Of a DNA stretch of 64,000 nucleotides, positions 39,870 to 51,072 are shown piece after piece (the stretch's first letter is position 1; each line of letters begins with the position of its first letter). The position numbers were made by a program, and so were the translations under genes. The notes below the pieces were generated by a model. It searched no databases, was not told the DNA's origin, and saw only the letters and a program-made list of their open reading frames with translations. This stretch comes from Solirubrobacteraceae bacterium (GTDB taxonomy: Bacteria > Actinomycetota > Thermoleophilia > Solirubrobacterales > Solirubrobacteraceae): assembly GCA_036490435.1 (NCBI GenBank), contig DASXDW010000206.1:92-64091 (forward strand). Direction: 5' to 3'.

Positions 39870-42800
39870 CCGCGGGCGCCATCCCGCTTCAGCCGCTCGA
39901 GTTCGACCCCTGTGGGGAGCTGCCGCGCGGCGTGACCGTGCTCGAGGCCAGCGCCGGCACGGGCAAGACGTACACGATCGCGGCGCTGACGGCGCGCTAC
40001 GTCGCCGAGGGGATCGACCTCGAGCGCCTGCTGCTCGTCACCTTCACCCGCATCGCCACCGGCGAGCTGCGCGAGCGCGTCCGCGAGCGCCTGGTCAGCG
40101 TCGAACGCGGGCTGACCCGCCGGCTGGCCGGGGCACCGCCGCCTGAGGACGAGGACCCGGTGGTGACTCTGCTCGCGCGCGAGAACGCGCAACGTCACCG
40201 GGAGAACCTGGCGCGCGCGATCGCGAGCTTCGACGCCGCCACCATCGCCACCACGCACGGTTTCTGCCAGGAGATGCTCGGCGGCCTGGGCATCGCGGGC
40301 GACCTCGAGCCGGACGTGACGTTCGTCGAGGACCTGTCTGACCTCGTGGACGACGTGGTCGACGATCTCTACATCCGGCGCTTCGCCCCCAAGCGGTTGA
40401 ACCCCGACGGCACAGTGGCGTTCGGGCGGGCCGAGGCCGGCGCGATCGCCCGGGCCGCGATCGACAACCCGTCGGCGCGGATCATCTCAGACGACAGTGA
40501 GGTGCCGCGCATGCGCCTGGGGCTCGCCGACGCCGCCCGGCGCGAATTCGAGGCGCGCAAGCGCTCGATGATGGTCATGACCTACGACGACCTCGTCGAG
40601 CGGCTCAAGAGCGCGCTGGCCGGTCCAGGCGGCGCCGCCGTCGCCGCCCAGCTGCGCGCGCGCTACGAGGTGGTGCTCGTCGACGAGTTCCAGGACACCG
40701 ACCCGGCGCAGTGGGAGATCCTCCGCCTGGCGTTTGGACAAGGTCCCACCCACCCGGCGACGCTGGTGCTCATCGCGGACCCCAAGCAGGCGATCTACGC
40801 CTTCCGCGGCGCCGACGTGTACGCCTACCTCGAGGCCGCCCGGGCCGCCGGGACCCAGGCCACACTGCCCATCAACTGGCGCTCCGACCAGGGCCTGATC
40901 GACGCCCACGACGCGCTGTTCTCCGGCGTCAAGCTCGGCCACGAGGGGATCGCCTACCGCCAGGTGCGCGCCGCTGACGCCCACCAGGCCCCGGGGCTGG
41001 CCGGTGCGCCCGTGGCGGCCCCGCTCCGGGTGCGGGTGGCGCTGCGCACAGACGTGCCCCAGACGCCGCGGGGCTACGCGCGCGCGCCCGATGCGCGGCG
41101 CCACGTCGTCTGCGACGTCGCCGCCGACATCGTGGAGCTGCTGGCCTCCGGCGCGCGGGTGGCGGCGCCCGGCGACCGGCGCAACGCGAGCTCCGAGGTC
41201 GTCCAGCCCGGCCACGTCGCCGTGCTGGTGCGCACCAACAAGCAGGCCGCGATGATCCGCGAGGCGCTCGAGGACGTCGGCGTGCCGGCGGTCATCAACG
41301 GGGCGGGCAGCGTTTTCGGGACCGAGCCCGCCCGCCAGTGGCTGCGATTGCTCGAGGCGCTGGAGCGTCCCGCGTCGATCGCCCGCGCCCACTCGGCCGC
41401 GCTGACCGCCTTCGTCGGGTGGTCGGCGGAGCGCTTGGCGCAGGCCGACGATGACTCCGTGGAATGGGAGGACGTACACCGCCGTCTGCACGAGTGGGCG
41501 CGCGTGCTGCGCACGCGGGGCGTGGCCTCGCTGCTGGAGACCGTCATGCGCGACGCCTCCACGGGCCGTGCGCTGGCCGCGCGCGCGCTGGGCGAGGCCG
41601 CCGGCGAGCGCAGCCTCACCGACCTGCGTCACATCGGCCAGCTGCTGCACACCGCCGCCTCCGAGGAGCAGCTCGGCCCCACCGCCCTCACCGCGTGGCT
41701 GCGCACCCGGATCGCCGAGGCCGAGATCGACACCGCCGACGAGGAGCGCAGCCGGCGGCTGGAGTCCGACGCCGAGGCGGTGCAGGTCCTCACTATCCAC
41801 CGCAGCAAGGGCCTGGAGTTCCCCGTCGTCTACCTCCCGTTCCTGTGGGAGTCCGGGTACATCCCTGACAAGCCGCCGCGCCCGGTGTTCTTCCACGATC
41901 CCGAGGCCGCCGACGAGCGGACCGTCGACGTGGCGCTCGAGGGCAGCGACTTCGCCCACCATCGGGAGCAGTTCATCCGCGAGCAACGCGGCGAGGACCT
42001 CCGTCTGGCCTATGTCGCGCTCACCCGCGCCCGCCACCAGGCCGTCGTGTGGTGGGCGGGCTCCTACGACAGCCGCGATTCCCCGCTGGGGCGGCTGCTC
42101 TTCGCCCGCAGCGACAACGGCGACGTGGAGCCCAGCGGCGGCTCGGTCCCCTCAGACCAGGCGGTGGTCAACCGGTTTCGGTCGCTCGCTGACGCGACAG
42201 GTGGGCAGGGCCAGACGATCAGCGTGGAGCGCTCCGAGCTGACAGAGCAAGCGGTGTGGCGCCCTGAGCGCACGCAGCCCTCCGAGCTGGACGTGGCGGC
42301 GTTCGCGCGCGACCTCGACCTTCGCTGGCGGCGCACGTCCTATTCAGACATCACCGCGGCCAGCCACGAGGACTGGGTGACCAGTGAGCCCGAGCAGCCG
42401 TTGCTGGCCGACGAGCCGATCGGACTGGGAGTCGGGCCCACCCGGCCCACCGCGCCCGCCGTCCCGGAGCCCGCTCCGGCCGTCGGCGACGCCACGGAGC
42501 TCGCACTCTCGTCCATGCCGGCGGGCGTCGATGTCGGGACCTTCGTCCACCGCGTGATGGAGGCCAGCGACTTCGCCGCCCCCGACCTCGACGCCGAGCT
42601 CGCCGCGCGGATCGCGGACGTTCAGGGGCGGCGCGCGGTCGACGTCGGGCCGTCGGGTGCGCTGGCGGCGGGGCTGCGCGCGGTCATCGAGACCCCGCTG
42701 GGACCGGTTCTGGGCGACCGGCGCCTGCGCGACATCGCGCGCGGCGACCGTCTGGACGAGCTCGGCTTCGAGCTACCCCTGGCGGGAGGCGATCAGCCGA

Positions 42801-43333
42801 GCGGTTGGCTGACGCTGCGGCGGATCGCCGCCGTGCTGCGCGCCCACACAGGCCCAGCGGACCCGCTCGCCGGCTACGCCGAGCGCCTGGACGACGCACG
42901 CCTGCGCCAGAGCGTCCGCGGCTATCTCACCGGGTCGCTCGACCTCGTGGTGCGGATACCGGACCCCGCCGGCGCTGCCCAGCCGCGCTTCGCGGTCCTT
43001 GACTACAAGACCAACTGGCTGGGCGCCCCCGACGAGCCGCTGACCACCGCGCATTACCGCCACGAGGCCATGGCCGGGGAGATGCTGCGCCACCACTACG
43101 CACTGCAGGCGCTGCTCTACGCCGTGGCGCTGCACCGCTTCCTGCGCTGGCGGCTGCCCGGCTATGACCCGGAGGTCCACCTTGCCGGGGTGGTGTACCT
43201 GTTCGTGCGCGGGATGACCGGCGCGGACGGTCCGCTGATCGGCGGGACGCCGACCGGCGTCTTCGGCTGGCCGGCCCCACCCGGGTTGGTCCCGGCGCTC
43301 AGCGACGCCCTCGACGAAGGAGACGCCGCATGA
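39866..43333 (+). CDS. recB: Exodeoxyribonuclease V beta subunit
   Basis: LEASAGTGKT, LVDEFQDTD, TIHRSKGLE, YVALTRA; nuclease GSLDLV...DYKTN; GTGA overlap with recC. Confidence 0.95.
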   Translation: MTAGAIPLQPLEFDPCGELPRGVTVLEASAGTGKTYTIAALTARYVAEGIDLERLLLVTFTRIATGELRERVRERLVSVERGLTRRLAGAPPPEDEDPVVTLLARENAQRHRENLARAIASFDAATIATTHGFCQEMLGGLGIAGDLEPDVTFVEDLSDLVDDVVDDLYIRRFAPKRLNPDGTVAFGRAEAGAIARAAIDNPSARIISDDSEVPRMRLGLADAARREFEARKRSMMVMTYDDLVERLKSALAGPGGAAVAAQLRARYEVVLVDEFQDTDPAQWEILRLAFGQGPTHPATLVLIADPKQAIYAFRGADVYAYLEAARAAGTQATLPINWRSDQGLIDAHDALFSGVKLGHEGIAYRQVRAADAHQAPGLAGAPVAAPLRVRVALRTDVPQTPRGYARAPDARRHVVCDVAADIVELLASGARVAAPGDRRNASSEVVQPGHVAVLVRTNKQAAMIREALEDVGVPAVINGAGSVFGTEPARQWLRLLEALERPASIARAHSAALTAFVGWSAERLAQADDDSVEWEDVHRRLHEWARVLRTRGVASLLETVMRDASTGRALAARALGEAAGERSLTDLRHIGQLLHTAASEEQLGPTALTAWLRTRIAEAEIDTADEERSRRLESDAEAVQVLTIHRSKGLEFPVVYLPFLWESGYIPDKPPRPVFFHDPEAADERTVDVALEGSDFAHHREQFIREQRGEDLRLAYVALTRARHQAVVWWAGSYDSRDSPLGRLLFARSDNGDVEPSGGSVPSDQAVVNRFRSLADATGGQGQTISVERSELTEQAVWRPERTQPSELDVAAFARDLDLRWRRTSYSDITAASHEDWVTSEPEQPLLADEPIGLGVGPTRPTAPAVPEPAPAVGDATELALSSMPAGVDVGTFVHRVMEASDFAAPDLDAELAARIADVQGRRAVDVGPSGALAAGLRAVIETPLGPVLGDRRLRDIARGDRLDELGFELPLAGGDQPSGWLTLRRIAAVLRAHTGPADPLAGYAERLDDARLRQSVRGYLTGSLDLVVRIPDPAGAAQPRFAVLDYKTNWLGAPDEPLTTAHYRHEAMAGEMLRHHYALQALLYAVALHRFLRWRLPGYDPEVHLAGVVYLFVRGMTGADGPLIGGTPTGVFGWPAPPGLVPALSDALDEGDAA

Positions 43334-45255
43334 GCGCCATCGACAGCGTCCCACCCGTCCCCAGCCCCGCCTCCGGCCGCGCGCGGGAGCGCGACCCGTT
43401 CGAGGCGCGCTTTGCCCTGCACGCGTCAGGGCTGCTGCGCCAGTTCAACGAGGCCGGCGTCGTGGACGCCGCCGACGTCCACGTCGCACGCGAGCTGGGG
43501 CGCCTCGGCGGCGAAAGCGACGAGACCGTGCTGCTGGCCGTCGCGCTCGCGGTGCGTGGCCCACGGCTGGGCCACGTCCATGTCGACCTGGCCCAGATCC
43601 GCGACACCGCGGCCGTCGACGCCGAGGAGCCGGTCGACCTCGCCGCGCTGGACTGGCCCGAGCCAGCGGCGTGGGTGACGCGCGTGGGGGCCAGCCCGCT
43701 CGTCGCCATGGGCGACCACCCTGCCGCGTCGAACATCCGCCCGCTGCGCCTCGTCGGCTCGTGGCTGTACCTGGACCGCTACTGGGCCGAGGAGGTCGGC
43801 GTGGCCCGCTCGCTGCGCGCGATGGCCGCCGCCCCACCCCCGGCCGTCGACCCCGACGTGCTCGCCGACGGCCTGGCGCGCCTGTTCGGAGAGGAGGCGT
43901 CAGGGCGCCAGTCCCAGGCCGCGGGCACTGCGGCGACGCACCGCTGGTCGGTGGTGGCCGGAGGCCCCGGCACCGGCAAGACCACGACGGTGGCCCGGAT
44001 CGTGGCCCTCATCTGCGAGCAGGCGGCCGTCGCCGGCGCAGCGTCCCCGCTCGTCGCGCTCGCCGCGCCGACCGGCAAGGCCGCGGCCCGGCTGCAGGAG
44101 TCCGTCCACGCCGAGGCCGCCAGGCTCGACGTGTCGCCCGAGGTCCGCGACCAGCTCCTGGCGCTGCGCGCGTCGACCATCCACCGCCTGCTGGGCTGGC
44201 GGCCGGGGAGCAGCAGCCGTTTCCGGCACGACCGCAACCAGCGCCTTGCGCATGACGTCGTCATCGTCGACGAGACCTCGATGGTCTCGCTGTCGCTGAT
44301 GGCCCGGCTGATCGAGGCGCTGCGCTCCGGGGCCCGGCTGATCCTCGTCGGCGACCCCGGGCAGCTCGCCTCCATCGAGGCCGGCGCGGTGCTCGGCGAC
44401 ATCGTCGGGACCGGCGACATCACCGGACCCGGCGGGCGCGGGGACCCGGCGACGCCACCCGGCCCCGAGATCGTGGTGCTCGACCGCGTGCACCGCTTCG
44501 GCGGCGGGATCGCGCGCCTGGCCGCCGCCATCCGTGCCGGCGACGGCGACGCCGTGATGGAGCTCCTGCGCGCGGGCGCCGACGACGTCGTCTGGCTGGA
44601 CGGCGACGTGGCCGAGCAGGACGCGCTGCCCGCCGTGTCCCAGCCCGCGCTGGCGGCGGCCCGCGCCACGATCGCGGCGGCCCGCGCCGGCCACGCGCGC
44701 GAAGCACTCGACGCGCTCGGCTCCTTCCGGATCCTGTGCGCCCACCGGCGCGGCCCCTACGGCGTGGCGACGTGGACGGCGCGGATGGAGGGCTGGCTCG
44801 CCGCCGAGCTCGCGGGCCTGGACCCCGAGGACCGCTGGTACGTCGGCCGCCCGCTGCTCGTCAACGAGAACGACTACGAGCTGCGCCTCAACAACGGCGA
44901 CACCGGCGTCGTCGTCTCGCTGCCCGACGGCCGCGTTACCACGGCGTTCGCTCGCGGCGAGGAGACGATCCAGCACAGCCCCAGCCGCCTCGGCGCAGTC
45001 GACACCGTCTACGCGATGACGGTGCACAAGAGCCAGGGCTCGCAGTTCGCCAGCGCCGCCGTCCTGCTCCCCTCAGCCCGGGACGGCACGGTGTCCCGGA
45101 TCCTCACTCGCGAGCTGCTCTACACGGCGGCCACGCGTGCCCAGCGAAAGCTGATCCTGGCCGGCACCGAGGAGAGCGTGCGCGCGGCGGTGGCACGCCC
45201 GGTGGCCCGAGCGTCAGGGTTGGGCCGGCGCCTATGGGGCGACCTCGCCGGGTGA
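43330..45255 (+). CDS. recD: Exodeoxyribonuclease V alpha subunit
   Basis: GGPGTGKT, APTGKAAARL, TIHRLLG, VDETSM, YAMTVHKSQGS, RELLYTAATRA; ATGA overlap. Confidence 0.95.
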   Translation: MSAIDSVPPVPSPASGRARERDPFEARFALHASGLLRQFNEAGVVDAADVHVARELGRLGGESDETVLLAVALAVRGPRLGHVHVDLAQIRDTAAVDAEEPVDLAALDWPEPAAWVTRVGASPLVAMGDHPAASNIRPLRLVGSWLYLDRYWAEEVGVARSLRAMAAAPPPAVDPDVLADGLARLFGEEASGRQSQAAGTAATHRWSVVAGGPGTGKTTTVARIVALICEQAAVAGAASPLVALAAPTGKAAARLQESVHAEAARLDVSPEVRDQLLALRASTIHRLLGWRPGSSSRFRHDRNQRLAHDVVIVDETSMVSLSLMARLIEALRSGARLILVGDPGQLASIEAGAVLGDIVGTGDITGPGGRGDPATPPGPEIVVLDRVHRFGGGIARLAAAIRAGDGDAVMELLRAGADDVVWLDGDVAEQDALPAVSQPALAAARATIAAARAGHAREALDALGSFRILCAHRRGPYGVATWTARMEGWLAAELAGLDPEDRWYVGRPLLVNENDYELRLNNGDTGVVVSLPDGRVTTAFARGEETIQHSPSRLGAVDTVYAMTVHKSQGSQFASAAVLLPSARDGTVSRILTRELLYTAATRAQRKLILAGTEESVRAAVARPVARASGLGRRLWGDLAG

Positions 45256-45259
45256 GCCC

Positions 45260-46765
45260 CTAAAGCCCGCGCGCGAGGTGGTAGTAGGCGCGGTTCCAGC
45301 GCAGCTCGTTGGCGAACTGCGGGATGGTGGTGTCCTCGTCGATGACGACCAGCTCGATTCCTGCGATCTCGGCGAGATCGCGGATCGCCTCGAGCTTGAG
45401 CGACTGCGTGAACACGCTGTGGTGCGAGCCCCCGGCCATCAGCCACGCCTCGGCGGCCGTCGAGAGCTCGGGCCGCGGCTCCCACACCGCGCGCGCCACC
45501 GGCAGGTTCGGCAGCTCCTCATCGGGCGCCACCACGTCCACCTGGTTGGCCACGAGGCGCAGCCGGCCGCCGACGTCGATGAGGCAGACCATGAGCGCCT
45601 GGCCCGGCGGCGCGGTGAAGACGAGGCGAACCGGATCCTCGCGGCCGCCGATGGACAGCGGGTGGATCTCGCACGAGGGCCGCGCGGACGCGATCGACGG
45701 GCAGATCTCGAGCATGTGCGCACCGAGGGTCTTGGCCGGTCCCGGGCCCAGGTGGTAGACGTAGTCCTCCATGAACGAGGTGCCGCCCGAGAGCCCGCGC
45801 GCCATCACCTTGAACGCGCGCAGGAGCACGGCGGTCTTCCAGTCGCCCTCGGCGCCGAAGCCGTAGCCGTCGGCCATCAGTCGCTGCACGGCGATGCCGG
45901 GGAGCTGGCGCAGGCGCCCAAGGTCCTCAAAGGTGTCGGTGAACGCGCCAAATCCACCATCGAGCAACACCGAGCGCAGGCCCACCTCGATCTGCGCCGC
46001 CTGCATGAGCGACTCGCGGCGCGCGCCGTCGGGCCGCAGTTCGGGCACGAGGTCGTACTCGTCCTCGTAGCGCTCCAGGAGCTCCTCGACGGCCGCCTCG
46101 CGCGCGTTCTCCACCGCTTCTGACAGGCCGTCGACGCCGTAGCCATTGACGGTGGCGCCGAGGGTGATCTGGGCGCCAACCTTGTCGCCCTCGGTGACCG
46201 CGACGTCGCGCATGTTGTCGCCAAAGCGGGCGACGCGCACCCGCTGGGCCTCCTGCCAGCCACACGCGGCGCGCACCCAGATCCCGATCCGATCCTGCAC
46301 CAGCCGGTCAGACCAGTGGCCGACGACGGTCTTGCGCGAGATCCCCATCCGCGTCTCGATGTAGGCGAACTCCCGATCCCCATGAGCCGACTGGTTGAGG
46401 TTCATGTAGTCCATGTCGATCTGGCCCCACGGCAGCTCGCGATCGAACTGCGTGTGGAGGTGCAGCAGCGGCTTGCGCAGCGCGCTGAGCCCGCCGATCC
46501 ACATCCGCGCCGGAGAGAAGGTGTGCATCCACGCGATCACGCCCACGCACTCGTCATCGCTGCCGGCCTCCGCCAGCACGCGGCGAATGGCGTCGGCGTC
46601 GGTGAGCGGCTCGCGGTCGACGATCGGCAGCGGAATGGCCGGGCTGTCGTTGAGCGCCTCGGCGAGCTTGCGCGAGTGCTCGTGCACCTGGCGCAGCGTT
46701 TCCTCGCCGTACAGATGCTGGCTTCCGGTGAGAAACCACACCGAGCCTCTGGTCTCGTCGATCAC
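45260..46765 (-). CDS. araA: L-arabinose isomerase
   Basis: [57 protein letters not shown]; -10 TATGAT before GTG. Confidence 0.95.
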   Translation of the reverse strand: MIDETRGSVWFLTGSQHLYGEETLRQVHEHSRKLAEALNDSPAIPLPIVDREPLTDADAIRRVLAEAGSDDECVGVIAWMHTFSPARMWIGGLSALRKPLLHLHTQFDRELPWGQIDMDYMNLNQSAHGDREFAYIETRMGISRKTVVGHWSDRLVQDRIGIWVRAACGWQEAQRVRVARFGDNMRDVAVTEGDKVGAQITLGATVNGYGVDGLSEAVENAREAAVEELLERYEDEYDLVPELRPDGARRESLMQAAQIEVGLRSVLLDGGFGAFTDTFEDLGRLRQLPGIAVQRLMADGYGFGAEGDWKTAVLLRAFKVMARGLSGGTSFMEDYVYHLGPGPAKTLGAHMLEICPSIASARPSCEIHPLSIGGREDPVRLVFTAPPGQALMVCLIDVGGRLRLVANQVDVVAPDEELPNLPVARAVWEPRPELSTAAEAWLMAGGSHHSVFTQSLKLEAIRDLAEIAGIELVVIDEDTTIPQFANELRWNRAYYHLARGL

Positions 46766-46805
46766 GGCCGCATCATATGCAAGGACCCGTGTCGAAGCGC
46801 TTCGA

Positions 46806-48392
46806 TCAGCTCGTCGCGCCCGTGCCGGCACCGGATGCCGAGAGCGCCGCCGCCAGCGCCGTGCCGTCGGGCGATCCCAGTCCGGTGCACGCGTCCCACC
46901 CCGGCCCGGCGGCATAGGACCCGTTGTTGCCCGAGGTGATGTCGTGGAAGGAGCTTGACCCCAGCAGCGGGTACAGGACGGGCTGCGCGAATCCGATGGG
47001 CGCGCCGAGCTGCTCGTTGAGGCGAGCGAGCAGACCGGCCCACAGCGGGGCCACCGCGCTCGTGCCGCCGATCGTCTCGTCGGCCCCGTCGACGCGGATG
47101 ACGTACCCGGTCTGCGGATCGGCGTCGCCACAGACATCGGGGACGCCGCGCCCCGACGCGTGGCTGTCGACGTTGTCGGGCAGCTTGGCGTTGGCCTGGT
47201 AGCTGGGCACCGGGAACTGGCGGCTGATGCCCCCGCCGGTGGACCCGTCACCGGGGTCGTTCCACACCGACTCGGACTGGATCGTCGCGCCCGAGGCCCG
47301 CAGCGAGGTCCCGCCGCAGGCCAGGGCGTGCGGCGCCGAGGCCGGGAAGTCGACGTGCTGGGTGCCGTCGTTGACCGCGTCGCCAGAGCCGTTGTCCCCC
47401 GAAGCCACGGTGACGGTGACGCCGAGGCCGGCGGCCTCGGTGAGGATCTGCTCCATCTCCGTGCGGGCCTGCTGGCTCCACGCGTCCTCAGACTCGCCCC
47501 AGCTCACCGAGATCACCGACGGCTTGTGCGTGGTGTCGTGCACGGCGGTGGACACGGCGTCGATGAAACCCTGGTCGGTGTTGGGCGCGAAGTACACCGC
47601 GATGGTGACGTCCGGGGCGACGGCGCCGACCACCTCGATGTCGAGCATGACCTCGCCGTCGGCGTTCTGGTCGGCGCCGGGCGAATTCTGTCCGCCGTCG
47701 ACCGACACCGCGGTGACGCTCGGCGCCGACAGGCCCAGGCCCTGGAAGTACGTGGTGAGGTCGGTGGTGTCAAAGCCTCCGCCCAGCTCGACGATGCCGA
47801 CGCTCTGGCCCTTGCCGGTCGTCCCCGCCGGGAACGCGTAGGCCTCGGCCACCTGGACCGGAGTGAACGACGCCGCCGGGGCCGCCTGCGCGTGCCGGCG
47901 GATCTGGGGACGCGCGAGCGGCCGATCGTCGATGCCGAACACACCGGACACGAGATCCCCCAGCGCGGCGGGCACGGTGAGCGCACCGGACCGGCCGCGG
48001 TACTCGCCCCGCCCACCGGCGTCTCGATAGCGCCCCTCCACCGTCGCCTCGAAGGCGCTCGTCACGTCCCGGAGCGGGCCCTGGAGATGCACGGCGCGAC
48101 GGGCCGCATCGATCGTGGTGACGGTGAGCCCCGCGTTGGTGGCGAAGTGCGCCACCGCCGTGAGATCCGCATCGGCGGCTCCGTGTGCGTCGGCCCACTC
48201 CTCGCGGGCGACCAGGCGCCGCGCTGCCGGGGCGCGGGCGGACTCCGCGTCCACCCAGCCGGTGGCGGCGCGTGGCCGCACGTACACGGTCACTTCGACG
48301 CCGGCGTGGGGATCGACGTCACCCACCCGGGTGTCGCCGGGCGGGAGCTCGCGCTCGCTGCCCGACACCGCAACGCGGTCTGACGCTGCCAT
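46806..48392 (-). CDS. S53 sedolisin/kumamolisin-like peptidase with prodomain
   Basis: EVMLDIE (Glu/Asp), [13 protein letters not shown] (Ser), GWDACTGLG. Confidence 0.92.
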   Translation of the reverse strand: MAASDRVAVSGSERELPPGDTRVGDVDPHAGVEVTVYVRPRAATGWVDAESARAPAARRLVAREEWADAHGAADADLTAVAHFATNAGLTVTTIDAARRAVHLQGPLRDVTSAFEATVEGRYRDAGGRGEYRGRSGALTVPAALGDLVSGVFGIDDRPLARPQIRRHAQAAPAASFTPVQVAEAYAFPAGTTGKGQSVGIVELGGGFDTTDLTTYFQGLGLSAPSVTAVSVDGGQNSPGADQNADGEVMLDIEVVGAVAPDVTIAVYFAPNTDQGFIDAVSTAVHDTTHKPSVISVSWGESEDAWSQQARTEMEQILTEAAGLGVTVTVASGDNGSGDAVNDGTQHVDFPASAPHALACGGTSLRASGATIQSESVWNDPGDGSTGGGISRQFPVPSYQANAKLPDNVDSHASGRGVPDVCGDADPQTGYVIRVDGADETIGGTSAVAPLWAGLLARLNEQLGAPIGFAQPVLYPLLGSSSFHDITSGNNGSYAAGPGWDACTGLGSPDGTALAAALSASGAGTGATS

Positions 48393-48440
48393 GGACTTCC
48401 CTCCCTGCCGTGGTCCCCTGATTCCACGGCGAGTCTACGC

Positions 48441-49829
48441 CTAGCCCACTTTGCCCAAGAACCTCATCAGGTTGCTGAAGAACACGTTGTGCGGGAAGGC
48501 GGCCGCAGGGTCGTTGTGGGCGTAGCTGCCGTGGCGGCTCACCAGCAGCAGATGGCTGCGTGGGATCCGGCTCTGCTTGGCCAGCGCCGCCGCGCCCTCG
48601 GTGATGGCCGTGCCGCCGAACGCGCCGAAGGCGTAGATGCGCAGGGACCGCGGAAGCTTGTGACCCATGGTCGTATCGACGCCGAGCACCTTCTGCGCGG
48701 GGTTGGCGTTGCCCTGGTCCACCGCGCCGGTGTCGTCGGTGAGGCGCTGCGGGAAGTACCACTCGCTGCCGTCGACGTTGGACATCCCGGCGCCGGCCAG
48801 CATGCCGGCCCAGCGATCGATCGGGGTGATCGCCCCAGCGCTCGACCATCCCGCCGGGCTGACGCTGGTGTTGAGCTGCCCGACATGGGCCTGGGCGGCG
48901 AAGACCAGCTTGGAGGTCTTCACATCGGTGTCGAAGCCGAAGGTGGCCAGGTTGGTGGCGGGGACCGGCGGCTTGAGCACGGATGGGGTCAGCGCGAACG
49001 ACTGCGAGCTCGACGGGGCGTTGGGGGCGACGAGCGCCGCGGTCGAGCCGACGGCGGAGAAGAGGCCCAGCAGCGGAGCCGGGACTCCAGAGAAGGCCAG
49101 CCACGGTGTGCCCTTGGCGAGCGTCTGCAGTGCCGCGCGCGCCGCCGAGGCGGAGACCGCAGGCGTCGAGCTGCCACCGTCGTCGTAGACGAGGCCGCTC
49201 AGATCGTCGGCGCCGGGCTTGCCGCCAAAGTTCCAGGTGGCGTAAGCGGTGACCACCGACCCGCCCAGCGAGTGGCCGCCCAGCACCACCTGTCCGCCTC
49301 GCTTGTGAGCGGCAGCGATGACGTTGTGCAGATCCTCGACGGCGACCTTCAGGCCCCACTGCCGTGCGAAGGGCACCGCCGAGTCAGAGACCGGATGGAT
49401 GTGGTTGGTGATGCTGGGATCCGACAGGTAGCCCAGGTAGTAGTCGAACATCTGGGTGACCGAGACCTTGTGCTCCTTGGCCAGGTTGAGCTCTGACTGG
49501 TCCTCGAGGAGGTTCTCGCGTCGCTCGACCGACCACACCTGCCAGCTCGGGGCTCGGGACACGATCCACTTCGCCAGCGGGACGAAGTAGGCCGCGCCGG
49601 CCGAGGTCCCGGGCTCGAGCACGAGCACGTTGGGCGCGCGCCGGGCTCCGACCTTGATCACGCCGACCTTGTCGTACTTGGCCGGAGTGCCGGGGGCCGC
49701 GTAGCCCTTCATCCACGTGACGCCGAGCTTGGCGCTCGCGGGCGCCGCCGCCGTCAGGGAGACCACCGTCAGAGAGAGCGCCGCCAGAGCGAGCGTCGCC
49801 CCGCGCAGCCGCCGGATACCTCGAGCCAT
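48441..49829 (-). CDS. Secreted alpha/beta hydrolase
   Basis: Signal peptide ending ASA; GHSLG nucleophile elbow; C-term YAHND; SD GAGGAG. Confidence 0.75.
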   Translation of the reverse strand: MARGIRRLRGATLALAALSLTVVSLTAAAPASAKLGVTWMKGYAAPGTPAKYDKVGVIKVGARRAPNVLVLEPGTSAGAAYFVPLAKWIVSRAPSWQVWSVERRENLLEDQSELNLAKEHKVSVTQMFDYYLGYLSDPSITNHIHPVSDSAVPFARQWGLKVAVEDLHNVIAAAHKRGGQVVLGGHSLGGSVVTAYATWNFGGKPGADDLSGLVYDDGGSSTPAVSASAARAALQTLAKGTPWLAFSGVPAPLLGLFSAVGSTAALVAPNAPSSSQSFALTPSVLKPPVPATNLATFGFDTDVKTSKLVFAAQAHVGQLNTSVSPAGWSSAGAITPIDRWAGMLAGAGMSNVDGSEWYFPQRLTDDTGAVDQGNANPAQKVLGVDTTMGHKLPRSLRIYAFGAFGGTAITEGAAALAKQSRIPRSHLLLVSRHGSYAHNDPAAAFPHNVFFSNLMRFLGKVG

Positions 49830-49993
49830 CCCAACTCCTCCTCACGCAAAATGACAAGACGTGCGCGGGCCTGTGTCTCAAAAGGCTCGCGGCGTGCGGG
49901 AGTCTACGTCGCTCGCGGGCGAACGGCTGCGGTACGTCGCGGTCGACCGTCACGCTCGTGCACATCGGCGCCCGACGGCGGTAGGGTGCGCGC

Positions 49994-50902
49994 ATGGATG
50001 ATGAGAGCGCCGGCGAGAGCAGGTTCTGGATCGGCGCCGGAGGCGAGGCGCCGATGTACGTTCAACGCACCGGCGTCGGCTCCCAGGACCGCCCCGCGCT
50101 GGTCCTGATCCATGGTGGCGGCGGGCAGGGGCTCGACTGGCTGGGCACCCCCGATGGGCGACCCGGATGGGCTCAGGAACTCGCCGGCCGCGGCCACCGC
50201 GTCTACACCGTGGACCGCCCTGGCCACGGGCGCGGCGCGCAGTGGGCCGGCGCGCTGGGCGAGATGGGCGAGGCGCTTGACGCGGACGGGCTCAGCATCC
50301 TGTTTCGCTCGCCCGACGGCGTGCACCCCACGGCCCACTTGCAGACGCAGTGGCCGGGCGACGGCGGCGCGCCGGGGTCAGACCCCGCGATCCTGCACAT
50401 GGTCGCCAGCTGCCGCTCGATGCCGCTTGACCTCGCTGTGGCGCACGGGCTCGAGCGCCAGCTCGGCGCGGAGCTGATCGACCGGCTCGGGCCCTCGGTC
50501 CTGTTCACCCACTCCGCCGGCGCTCCCGCCGGGTGGCTGATGGCGGCGGCGCGCCCCAACCTGGTGCGCGCGATCGTCGCGCTCGAACCGTTCGGGCCGC
50601 CGTATCGCCCGGCCGCCGACGGCCTCCCGGGCCTGCCCGACGGTCTCACCGCGGTCCCGCTCGAGAGCCTGAGCGGCCTCCCCGTGCTGCTCGTCACCGC
50701 GGAGGCGTCGCTGCTGAGCCACTTCGACACCGAGGTCCGTGACTACCTGACCGAGGCGGGCGCCACCGTCGAGCTGGTGCGCCTCGCCGACCATGGGGTG
50801 CACGGCAACGGGCACGGGATGATCTTCGAGCGCAACCACCTCCAGGTCCTCGACGTGGTGATGGAGCAGCTGGCCGTCCTGCTCGCCGACCCCGGCCGCT
50901 GA
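49994..50902 (+). CDS. Alpha/beta hydrolase
   Basis: LIHGGG, TPDGRPGW, DRPGHGR, THSAG, GNGH.MIFE. Confidence 0.8.
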   Translation: MDDESAGESRFWIGAGGEAPMYVQRTGVGSQDRPALVLIHGGGGQGLDWLGTPDGRPGWAQELAGRGHRVYTVDRPGHGRGAQWAGALGEMGEALDADGLSILFRSPDGVHPTAHLQTQWPGDGGAPGSDPAILHMVASCRSMPLDLAVAHGLERQLGAELIDRLGPSVLFTHSAGAPAGWLMAAARPNLVRAIVALEPFGPPYRPAADGLPGLPDGLTAVPLESLSGLPVLLVTAEASLLSHFDTEVRDYLTEAGATVELVRLADHGVHGNGHGMIFERNHLQVLDVVMEQLAVLLADPGR

Positions 50903-50953
50903 GGGCTGAGCGCGACCCGCCAATCTGCACACGCGCCGTGCCTCGAGCGTGCG

Positions 50954-51030
50954 CGTGTGCACTTTTGCCCGCTATACCGGCACGCGGCGCCCCGCCCCTC
51001 GAAAACGTCGAACGTGTGTGCACTTGTGCC
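50954..51030. repeat. Direct repeat GTGTGCACTT(T/G)TGCCC, REP-like
   Basis: Two copies near 50955 and 51017 between convergent genes. Confidence 0.5.
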
Positions 51031-51072
51031 CCACGCACCCGCCCGCACACCCGCCAGCCCCACCGACCGCGT

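Noticed and set aside
46766-47251. N-terminal extension of araA
   Set aside because: Overlaps the S53 peptidase in another frame; AraA motif starts just after GTG 46765
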